In this document: positions 56,515-64,000 of the stretch, piece by piece | Position numbering within the stretch: the first letter of the stretch is position 1 | Layout of the letters: every line of letters starts with the position of its first letter | DNA from: an uncultured Chloroflexia bacterium | GTDB lineage: Bacteria; Chloroflexota; Limnocylindria; Limnocylindrales; CSP1-4 | Direction of reading: 5' to 3' | DNA length: 64,000 nucleotides | NCBI GenBank assembly: GCA_963764515.1 | Contig: CAVXSS010000002.1 | Location: forward strand, 480,052-544,051 | The notes under the pieces: generated by a model | Databases searched by the model: none | What the model saw: the letters and a program-made list of their open reading frames with translations, nothing else | Told to the model about the DNA's origin: nothing | Program-made: the position numbers and the translations under genes

Positions 56515-57062
56515 GGGACCCCTGCCTGCCGGGTAGCGCCGAATGACAGCGTCACGGTTGTAGTCGAGCCCTGGAGCCCGTTATCAGAATCCCACGGCAG
56601 GTCTGCCCGGAAGCACAGGATCTCGGCGGTTGCAGCGGGCAGCGGCCGGCCGTCGACTTCGTTGCCGAACGCCGCGTCATCGAGCGGGCCATCGAACAGG
56701 GTCATGCCGTCGAAGTCCGCGCAGGATGAGCCGATCGTCTTGATCGTGAGGAGCAGCGCCGCCGAGAGACGGTGTCCACCGACTGCCACGAGCCCACGGC
56801 GCATCGCGTACGTCACGGGTTCACGACCGGAGTTCGTCACGGTTATCGAGGCCGCGACCGAGTCTCCGGGAACCAAGTCGCGGGCCGACAGAGTCGCGTC
56901 TCGTGCGTCGGCACTGAGATCGATCGACGAGATCTCGAATCGGTCGGGGGCAGCCACGTCGGCGCGCGGCGGGCTGGATGTGACCGTCTTCCAGGTGAGC
57001 CACGCGCATGCGATCGATAGCACGACGATCAAGGTCACCGCAAGCCGCCGGCTTCGGGTCAT
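56511..57062 (-). CDS. Exported/membrane-anchored small protein (possible SipW-cognate substrate)
   Basis: The 183-aa product has an N-terminal TM segment (LAVTLIVVLSIACAWLTW) and is beta-rich and acidic. It sits between sipW and the TasA-like gene above, with 4-bp overlaps on both sides. Confidence 0.5.
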   Translation of the reverse strand: MTRSRRLAVTLIVVLSIACAWLTWKTVTSSPPRADVAAPDRFEISSIDLSADARDATLSARDLVPGDSVAASITVTNSGREPVTYAMRRGLVAVGGHRLSAALLLTIKTIGSSCADFDGMTLFDGPLDDAAFGNEVDGRPLPAATAEILCFRADLPWDSDNGLQGSTTTVTLSFGATRQAGVP

Positions 57063-57607
57063 GGCGCGATCGGCTCTCGGGCATCAGCCGGGATCGTGCG
57101 GGCGCGCGGCTCGAGCATTTCGAGGAGCACATGGAAGAGGAGGAGTGCGCCGAGGAGGCACAGCGCGGCGAGCACGCCGGGACCCTTTGACAGGAAGTCC
57201 TGGGCGTAGCCGGCGTACGGCACGTACCGGTCCGCGGCCCCGACGATCGCCCGACCGGGAACGAGGCTGGCGTCTGGATCCTGGTTGGCGTCGCCCTTCG
57301 TTTCGAAAAAGCGGCCTTCCGGCAGATCGACCACGCGACTCACGCGGTGGGTCACGACGACCTCGTTGTCGGCGCGGATCGTGATGACGTCGCCGACGCC
57401 GACCGTCATGACGTCGGTCGGGGTGACGACGACCAGGGAGCCGATCGGGATCGCGGGCTCCATCGAGCCGCCGACGACGACGAACAGCTGGTGGCCGGTG
57501 AGCGGTGCGAAACGGGTGAACAGAGCGAAGCTGATGAGGAGGACGAAAAGCGATATCCCGATGAGACCGACGGCCCGACGCGCGAGACGGGACGAGCTCA
57601 GGATCAT
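57059..57607 (-). CDS. sipW: Signal peptidase I, archaeal/SipW-type
   Basis: The product has an N-terminal TM segment, then the VVVGGSMEPAIPIGSLVVV catalytic-Ser motif (GSMEP) typical of SipW-type SPases, then ...GDANQDPD.... It also has a C-terminal TM (VLAALCLLGALLLF). Confidence 0.8.
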   Translation of the reverse strand: MILSSSRLARRAVGLIGISLFVLLISFALFTRFAPLTGHQLFVVVGGSMEPAIPIGSLVVVTPTDVMTVGVGDVITIRADNEVVVTHRVSRVVDLPEGRFFETKGDANQDPDASLVPGRAIVGAADRYVPYAGYAQDFLSKGPGVLAALCLLGALLLFHVLLEMLEPRARTIPADAREPIAP

Positions 57608-57679
57608 CGAGATCGCGCTCCATTCATGCGAGAGCGGTCCGACCGTCGGTCGGACCGCTCGGTGCTGCCGGGCGACGGC

Positions 57680-58255
57680 CTAGTTGTTCTGGGTTTGCTC
57701 GGCGTTGAAGGTGAAGGTCGTGACCGCAGTCGCGCCCTGGAACGTTTCGTCGGTGGCAAGCGGGAGGGAGACCCGGATGCAGAGCACGTCGGTCGCGGCG
57801 GCAGCCACGGTCCGATCGCCGGTTCCGTCAGTCGGTGAAACGCTGCCGAACATGACGTTCGAGGCGCCGAGCACTTCCGACGCCTGGAGGACCGTGCCAT
57901 CAAAGTCGTCGCACTTGACGAGCGGAGTGGTGGCGTCCACGGTCCTGACCTCAACGGTCAGGGCTGCGTTGAGCACGCCGCCGTTCGGGCCAGCCACGCT
58001 CGTCGACGTGGTGTTCAGCGAGTAGCGGAGCTCATTGGTCCCGACGTTCTCGACGTCGACTGAGCCGGTGTTGGAGTCACCAGGCATCATGTTGGCATTC
58101 GTGAGCGAGAGGGCGTCGATCTTCGTCGCGTCGAGGATGATCGTCCCCGCAGTGAACGTCCCGTCGACGGTCTCGGTGTCCGTGAACACGGCTAGGGACG
58201 TCGCCCCGACACCGATGCTCGCGACTGTGAGGGCGGCCCCGAGAGTGAGAAGCAT
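57680..58255 (-). CDS. TasA/camelysin-family (peptidase M73-like) exported protein with SipW-cognate-type signal peptide
   Basis: The ORF 57680..58813 was trimmed to the ATG at 58255. The 191-aa product reads MLLTLGAALTVASIGVGATSLAVFTDTETVDGTFTAGTIILDA..., matching the TasA-family signal peptide plus AxF(T/N)D mature N-terminus, and is beta-rich. It is the first gene of the sipW operon. Confidence 0.75.
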   Translation of the reverse strand: MLLTLGAALTVASIGVGATSLAVFTDTETVDGTFTAGTIILDATKIDALSLTNANMMPGDSNTGSVDVENVGTNELRYSLNTTSTSVAGPNGGVLNAALTVEVRTVDATTPLVKCDDFDGTVLQASEVLGASNVMFGSVSPTDGTGDRTVAAAATDVLCIRVSLPLATDETFQGATAVTTFTFNAEQTQNN

Positions 58256-58578
58256 GCGTCTGCGCTTGGTGTCCAAGGTGGTTCTCGTTTCTCTACATGC
58301 GTTGCGGTGGGTCGCCGAGCGATCGCCATGTCGCCGGCTTCGCCGGGGTCCTTGGCTCGCGCGGTCGATGCCATTACAGGACACGAAGGTGGTACCCGTA
58401 AGTACCCGAATTCCGCGCGACGTCAAAACTATCGAGTGCCGGCTGGTGCCGCGGCGGTCCATCGAACGTGATGCGCCGTTCAGATGGGCGTTGTCCGCGC
58501 ACGAGGGCCTTCGCGTGTTGCGTGGATGCCTACAGGATCGGGCACCGCTCGAAGCGCCCGATGTAGTACTGATGGCTG

Positions 58579-58666
58579 TCGGTGGTCGAGTGGTTGGTGT
58601 CTCGTTCGCCAGATCACCGAAGAGCGCCTGATAGACTTCGCGCCGCGGGCGGGAGTAGCTCAGTTG
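58579..58666. repeat. Right copy of the ~85-bp imperfect direct repeat (perfect core 58624-58666)
   Basis: See the left copy at 46826-46910. The two copies lie ~11.75 kb apart and bracket exactly the tasA-sipW-giant-adhesin operon. Confidence 0.7.
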
Positions 58667-58695
58667 GCAGAGCGGCAGCCTTCCAAGTCTCCCGC
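58644..58695 (+). other. tRNA-like minihelix: acceptor-stem-like 7 bp (GCGGGAG/CTCCCGC) enclosing a canonical D-arm (TA-GCTC-AGTTGGCA-GAGC) and 15 further nt; no anticodon or T arm could be folded
   Basis: The element starts inside the right repeat core. The left repeat copy keeps GCGGGAGTAGCTCAGTTGG but loses D-stem closure. This suggests a tRNA-gene remnant or tRNA-like attachment-site relic rather than a functional tRNA. Confidence 0.3.
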
Positions 58696-58917
58696 TGTCG
58701 AGCGTTGTGCTCTGATCACAGGATCCCCGCACAAATCGGCCGATTGGGGCCCAGTTTGACGCTCGGGTGCGACAGCGTATAAGTCGGCCACAGCGGATAA
58801 CTTCCTGGGACAATTGAGCGCTGTCTCGGGCCCCTGGATCGATGCCTGACGAAGGGATCGCGCGGTCCTCTTCAATGCCCGGGCCAATGGGCCTCTGGGG
58901 GCGGGACGGGAACCCCG

Positions 58918-60054
58918 CTAGTTGACGGGCTGTGATGCGAGCGTCGTGAGGTCGATGGTCTCGTCGCCAGCCACGACCGCGGCATCATATCTGCGCTGGA
59001 GGTTCGTCACGAGTCGAACCACCGTGTTGCCGCAGACTCCGGTCGACAGGTAGACCCGCAGCCACTCCGGAGTTATGTCCATGCGGAATTGCTGTCCGAC
59101 GTGAAGGTCAACGACTTCCGCCTCTGCGAACTGGTCGTTCACCAAGCGGGGGACGGCCCAAAGCCGGAACGGATCGCGACACGAGAAGAGGCCTGTCAGG
59201 AATTGACCCATATCATCGATCCGGCGACCGAAGCTGATCTGCAGGACGTGCCCCTCGAAGCCAAAGCCGCTTTGCTCAGAGCCCTCCCAGCCAATCGAGA
59301 AGTGCCGCTCGATGTGCCGTACCGCCTGGGCGTATGCCTGAACGGCGCCGGCCATGAAGCCCAAGTGGAGTTCGAAGGCGGCGCCACGGGCGGCGAAGCG
59401 CCCTTGATAGTGGGCTGCTTCGTCGACCACTCCGAGATCCGGATCGCGCATCCGAAGGGCCACTCCGCTTAAGGCTGTCGACAGGCGATACCGGTCGTCA
59501 CCGATGAGCTGATCGAGCAACTCATCCGCCGAATCGCCCTCAAGCTGCACCCGAAGACGCCGCGCGCGAACTCCCTCCAAGGGCAAGAGTTCGTCGCCCC
59601 GGAACTCCGACTTGAACCATCGCGGCTCACCGGCACCCTGCAACCCACGAAGGAACTGCCAGGGGAACCAGCACCAGTCAATGCCCCGTGACGACCAGAC
59701 TGCTCGTCGCAGCTGACCCTGCACGATTCCCGCGGGAGCCGCTGTATGAATCAACCAAAATCGTGGATCAAGGACGTCAACGAAGAGCCCAACGGAGTCA
59801 TCCCACAGAAGAGCCAAAGCTGGATCGTCGGTCCGAGACATCGAGAGGCCAAGTCTTCTCCCGAGGGCTGCGACAGCATCAAGAGGGTTAGGCTCTTCGT
59901 GCCCGGAGTTCACCTCTAGGGCATAGCTCTTGACCTCGCCTGCACGCAGCTCAAACGGAAGGCGATCGGGTTCTCGGCGCTGACCCGACATTGCTGCTGT
60001 CAGAAGACCAGCGATACCCTCGCGGTCGATCGGCACGGATGGGACAGCCGTCAC
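58918..60054 (-). CDS. Hypothetical 378-aa protein, no family recognisable by eye; lower-GC gene
   Basis: The ORF is intact and has GC of roughly 58-60% against ~70% in the flanking DNA. It begins 3 nt after the stop of the upstream gene, so it is operonic. It contains an RHIERH (Rx4H) stretch and a Trp-rich segment WCWFPWQF, but no confident motif. Confidence 0.55.
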   Translation of the reverse strand: MTAVPSVPIDREGIAGLLTAAMSGQRREPDRLPFELRAGEVKSYALEVNSGHEEPNPLDAVAALGRRLGLSMSRTDDPALALLWDDSVGLFVDVLDPRFWLIHTAAPAGIVQGQLRRAVWSSRGIDWCWFPWQFLRGLQGAGEPRWFKSEFRGDELLPLEGVRARRLRVQLEGDSADELLDQLIGDDRYRLSTALSGVALRMRDPDLGVVDEAAHYQGRFAARGAAFELHLGFMAGAVQAYAQAVRHIERHFSIGWEGSEQSGFGFEGHVLQISFGRRIDDMGQFLTGLFSCRDPFRLWAVPRLVNDQFAEAEVVDLHVGQQFRMDITPEWLRVYLSTGVCGNTVVRLVTNLQRRYDAAVVAGDETIDLTTLASQPVN

Positions 60055-60057
60055 GTC

Positions 60058-60984
60058 TTAGCCCTCCCCGCGCTCGATCTCTTGCCCGAGATCTTCAAAC
60101 GACATCTGCCCAGCAGGGACCCTGGCCGCCCTCGGTCTTCCTCTCAAGGTGCGCTCGGCTTTGCGCCGCATGCTCTGCCATCCCTGAGTCTCGCCTCTCG
60201 GATCGAAGGCAGCAGGTGACCGGAGGATACGGAGGACGCTGCCTTGGATGTCGGCGCCGCCAGGTTCAACCGACAAGTACTCGGTGAGCTCGCCCTCCGA
60301 CATTCGCCGGACGATGGTCGTCGCCCGGTCGCGCATTCTTGATCGGGCCCGCTGACCGTAAACGCTTGAGTAGGGAATGGCGGCGGCCAGCAGGCTGTCG
60401 AAGGTGATGACCGTTTCTCCTCGCGCGGCGGCGGCGACTATAGCAGGAAGGAGAACCTCCCTGAGCTCCTCATCTGGGCTGTCAGCGTCCACTGGGATCA
60501 ACCGTGGTGGGGGACCGGCCGGGACGTTCACTTCGAACGGCGTCAGCACACTGCTACCCCTCGTCTCCAGCTTCACGCTCGAAGAGCCAATCACCAAGAG
60601 AGGAGCCTGAAAGCCAATAGCGCGAAGGCCGGTCACAACTCGCTCTTGCGACTCCTCGAGACAGGCATAGAGGGGCTGCACAATCGCTCCGGTGGGAGGA
60701 AACGGAAGGGTTACGTTTCGAGCGACGTTGTCCGCGGTCATGACCTCGTATCGTTGGGCTTGATCAGCCTCGACGTTGTTGCCGCTCTTGCACTCCGTCG
60801 GCAGAAGGATCTGTCGATCAGCGTTGAGTCCGAGCCCGTCGACAACCACGGACGTGCGTGAGGTGGAGATGGGAATCTCGAACCGCTGGATGCGGAAGCC
60901 TTGGTCACGAAGGGGAGCGGGCCAACCACCTTCGCCTGTCAGTAGGGCGATCCAGGCGTTGAGCGGGATCAGACGTGGTTCCAC
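60058..60984 (-). CDS. Hypothetical 308-aa protein with N-terminal PD-(D/E)xK nuclease-like motif (VVVDG...ILLPTECK); lower-GC gene
   Basis: It has a GTG start. The beta-strand-D then ExK arrangement, ~13 residues apart, mirrors the HsdR nuclease motif seen in this window (DVILFVNGLPLVLIELK). The C-terminal ~150 aa are unassigned. Confidence 0.5.
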   Translation of the reverse strand: MEPRLIPLNAWIALLTGEGGWPAPLRDQGFRIQRFEIPISTSRTSVVVDGLGLNADRQILLPTECKSGNNVEADQAQRYEVMTADNVARNVTLPFPPTGAIVQPLYACLEESQERVVTGLRAIGFQAPLLVIGSSSVKLETRGSSVLTPFEVNVPAGPPPRLIPVDADSPDEELREVLLPAIVAAAARGETVITFDSLLAAAIPYSSVYGQRARSRMRDRATTIVRRMSEGELTEYLSVEPGGADIQGSVLRILRSPAAFDPRGETQGWQSMRRKAERTLRGRPRAARVPAGQMSFEDLGQEIERGEG

Positions 60985-61075
60985 TCGTTGGGTCGCCTAA
61001 CGCCCAACGAGGGTAGTTGCGGACCGGCTTTCTAGAACATATGTGCTAATCATACTCCCGACCGTTCCTTCCGCA

Positions 61076-63990
61076 TCACTCGGGTGGCCGCTCCGCGACC
61101 GCCAAGAGATCGGTAGCGTGCTCAGCGGCTACCGGGTACTCGACGATCGGCGGTTCTGACGGCGGCTCCGTGCCCCACGCCGCCGACAAGACCTCCGCCT
61201 GCTCAAGGACGGTCTGCGTGGCCTTGGTCTGCTTGTCCGGCGGGTAGCCGTACTTGCGCAGGACGCGCTTGACGATTAGGCGGAGCTTGGCGCGGACGCT
61301 CTCCTTCTCGGCCCAATCGATCGTCGTGTTGCGTCGAACGGTTGAGACAAGCTCGCGGGCGATGGTCCGTAGAGTGTCGTCGCCGAGCACGGCGACCGCG
61401 CTGTCGTTCGTCTCTAGGGCGTCGTAGAAGGCGAGTTCGTCGTCGCTCAAGCCGAGCTTCCCGCCGCGCTCTTTGGCCTCGCGGATCTCGCGGGCGATCT
61501 CGATCAGCTCTTCGATGACCGCCGCCGTCTCGATCGCCCGGCTCTGGTACTTGCGGAGCGACCGCTCGAGCATCTCAGAGAACGCTCGCGACTCAACGAG
61601 GTTCCGGCGCGACCGGATCTTGATCTCGTCGGTGAGCAGCTTCCGCAGGAGTTCGACTGCCAGGTTCCTCTGAGGTAGGTCGCGGACCTCTGCCAGGAAC
61701 TCGTCGGACAGGATCGAGATGTCCGGCTTTGGGAGACCGGCCGCCGCGAAGACGTCGATGACCTCCTCACTGACGATCGCGCCGGCGACAATTTGGCGCA
61801 CGGCGTGCTCGATCTCGGCCGGCCCACGCTTGCCCTCCGCCGGGCCTTTGGGCAGCGCGGCACGGACGGCCTGGAAGAAGGCAACCTCATCCCGGAGCGC
61901 GAGCGCACCCTCGTGCGGGACGGCGAGAGCAAAGGCCCTCGACAGGGCGCTCACGCTGGCGAGCAAGCGCTCGCGACCATCCACCTGCGCCAGGACGTAC
62001 TCGAGTGCGGCCGGCAAGACCGACAACCGTTGGGTCGGGGTACCGGTGAAGAACTTCGAGCGGTCGAAGCCGTGGAACAAGCGCGGCCACGACCTCGTAC
62101 TTCTCGTGAAAGACGGCGACCGCCTCGGCCTGGTCGATGGCGGTGGTGCCCTTGCCGCCGCTTCGCGTGTAGTCGGCCATCGCGCGGCGGAGCTGATCGG
62201 CGACGCCGAGGTAATCGACCACCAGGCCGCCCGGCTTGTCCCGATAGACACGGTTGACGCGCGCTATCGCCTGCATCAGGCCATGGCCGCGCATCGGCTT
62301 GTCGAGGTACATCGTGTGCAGGCTCGGCGCATCGAAGCCGGTCAGCCACATGTCCCTCACGATGACGATCCGGAACGGATCCTCGGGATCGCGGAACCGG
62401 CGGGCGAGCACCTCGCGCCGAGCCTTGCTTCGGATGTGCGGCTGCCATGGGAGCGGATCGGATGCCGAGCCAGTCATCACGACCTTGAGCGCGCCCTCGA
62501 CATCGGTCTTGCCGGCCCACTGCGGTCGGATGCGGACAAGCTCGTCGTACAGGTCGACGGCTATTCGCCGGCTCATGGCGACGATCATCGCCTTTCCCTC
62601 GAGGGCATCGACACGCTGCTCGAAGTGCTCGACCAGGTCGGCGGCGACGAGCGACAGGCGCCTGTCGGTCCCGACTAGCGCCTCCAGCGCCGCCCATTTC
62701 GACTTGATCTTCTCCTTGGCGGCGGTCTCCTCGCCCTCGGTTACCTCATCGAACTCGGCGTCGATCCGCGGCTTCTGCTCCTCGGGCAGATCGAGCTTGG
62801 CCAGACGGCTCTCGTAGTAGATCGGGACAGTTGCCCCGTCGTCAACCGCGCGGCTGATGTCGTATACGTCGATGTAGTCGCCGAAGACGGCTGGTGTGCT
62901 GCGGTCGGCGAGCTCGATCGGCGTGCCGGTGAAGCCGATGAACGTCGCGTTCGGCAGCGCGTCGCGGATGTTCTTGGCGAAGCCATAGGACAGGTGCGCC
63001 GTACCGTCTCGGCGCTCAACTACGTGTGCACCGAAGTCGTATTGGCTGCGATGGGCCTCGTCGGCGATAACCACGACGTTGCGCCGATCGGTCAGTAGCG
63101 GGAAATGGTCGCCAATTTCGTCCGGCAGGAACTTCTGGATGGTCGTGAATACGACACCGCCGGCGGCGACCGCGAGGAGCCGCTTGAGATGGGCGCTCGA
63201 CTCGGCCTGGATCGGCTCCTGGCGAAGCAGCTCGGCGCACTGGGCGAAGGTCGACGAAGAGCTGGTCGTCGAGGTCGTTGCGGTCGGTGATGACGACGAT
63301 CGTCGGGTTCTCGAGCGCTGGCTCGAGCACCAGGCGTCCGGCGAAGTAGGCCATCGTCAGGCTCTTGCCCGAGCCCTGGGTGTGCCAGACGACGCCTGCT
63401 CGCTTGTCGCCGTCGGGTCGACTGGCCGTGATGGCCGCCTCGATCGCGTGGTTGACGGCGTGGAATTGGTGGTACCCGGCGAGCTTCTTTGACACGCCAG
63501 CCGGCTCGTCGGCGAAGACCAGGAAGTGACGGAGGTAGCCGATCAGGCGGTCGGGGGCGAGAAGGCCACGGATGAGGACCTCGAGCTCGGTGACGTTCGC
63601 GGGCGCGAGGTTCGCGCCGTCGATCGTCCGCCAGCGCATGAACCATTCGCGACCGGATGTCAGCGAGCCGAAGCGGGCCTCGACGCCGTTCGAGGCGACG
63701 AGCAATTCGTTGTACCCGAAGATCGTCGGGACCTTCGCCTTGTAGGTCTGGAGCTGGTTGAACGCCGACCAGATGTCGGCGCTCTCGGTTGTCGGGTCCT
63801 TGAGCTCGATCAAGACGAGCGGCAGTCCGTTGACGAAGAGGATGACGTCGGGCCGGCGGTTCTCGCCCGCCTCGACGATCGTGAACTGGTTGACCGCCAG
63901 GAAGTCGTTCGCGGCGGGCCGATCGAAGTCGAGGAGACGGATCCGCTCGCCCGCGATCCGCCCGTCGCCAGCGGCGTACTCGACCTCCAC
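61076..63990 (-). pseudogene. hsdR: Type I restriction enzyme R subunit (HsdR), N-terminus beyond the window end, disrupted by two single-base frameshifts
   Basis: Three consecutive track ORFs in different frames together give a colinear HsdR: a nuclease motif FVNGLPLVLIELK; helicase motif [16 protein letters not shown]; [14 protein letters not shown]; motifs III-VI ...IGFTGTP...; and the C-terminal helical domain. The frame switches at ~63245-63252 (LDDQLFVD|FAQCAELL) and ~62078-62086 (YEVVAA|[11 protein letters not shown]). Confidence 0.8.
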
Positions 63991-64000
63991 GCCGTCGACG

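Noticed and set aside
58644-58720. A complete tRNA gene (for example tRNA-Gly with UCC in a CTTCCAA loop) starting at the acceptor/D-arm hairpin.
   Set aside because: The anticodon-stem positions do not pair (GCAGC against GTCTC). No T-arm or CCA-proximal acceptor strand is found at the expected spacing. It is kept only as a tRNA-like remnant.
1-63990. CRISPR arrays, insertion sequences, integrase or transposase genes.
   Set aside because: No short regularly spaced direct repeats and no transposase or recombinase motifs were found on either strand. The direct repeats found are a single pair.

Overview
This is a high-GC (~70%) actinobacterial-type chromosomal segment, densely coding on both strands with frequent 4-bp start/stop overlaps (ATGA/GTGA). 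The high GC produces many antisense ORFs in the six-frame track that are not genes. The window has no CRISPR array, no complete tRNA gene and no recognisable transposase or integrase; tRNA calls are by eye only and should be confirmed with tRNAscan-SE/ARAGORN.

From start to end the window contains:
- a partial lysA, a holin-like 4TM protein, a GNAT acetyltransferase, a PPOX/F420-type enzyme and a DUF885 protein;
- a glycogen/alpha-glucan cluster: a 1143-aa alpha-amylase-family protein, a GntR regulator, two GH57 enzymes and glgP on the minus strand, with glgA transcribed divergently;
- an alpha/beta hydrolase, an ACT protein, and a DEAD-box helicase with a long Gly/Arg-rich tail;
- divergently transcribed GH9 cellulase and GH10-like hydrolase genes;
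- an SDR oxidoreductase, an MFS transporter, a secreted beta-propeller lactonase, an acyl-CoA synthetase and panB;
- a catabolic cluster: ALDH and a FIST-domain protein divergent from an IclR regulator, a DapA-family aldolase and an FGGY kinase, followed by RidA;
- a LacI-regulated sugar ABC operon (substrate-binding protein and two permeases, no ATPase) ending in a GH13_18 sucrose-phosphorylase-like enzyme and a small APH-fold kinase;
- a LarA-like racemase with a FAH-fold protein, and an AlkZ/YcaQ-like winged-helix protein.

The most unusual region is 46.8-64 kb:
- An ~11.8 kb cassette is bounded by ~85-bp imperfect direct repeats, and the right-hand copy carries a tRNA-like acceptor-stem plus D-arm hairpin. 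The cassette encodes a TasA/camelysin-like protein, a SipW-type signal peptidase, two further small exported proteins and a ~2,900-aa S8 subtilase-adhesin gene that is split over three reading frames.
- Next to it lies a lower-GC (~58-60%) two-gene module: a protein with a PD-(D/E)xK nuclease-like motif and a 378-aa protein with no recognisable family.
- That module abuts an hsdR (type I restriction R subunit) broken by two single-base frameshifts. I flag the two-gene module as a candidate undescribed defence-type system.

All four frameshifts in the window are single-base slips, which also raises the possibility of assembly errors rather than real gene decay.
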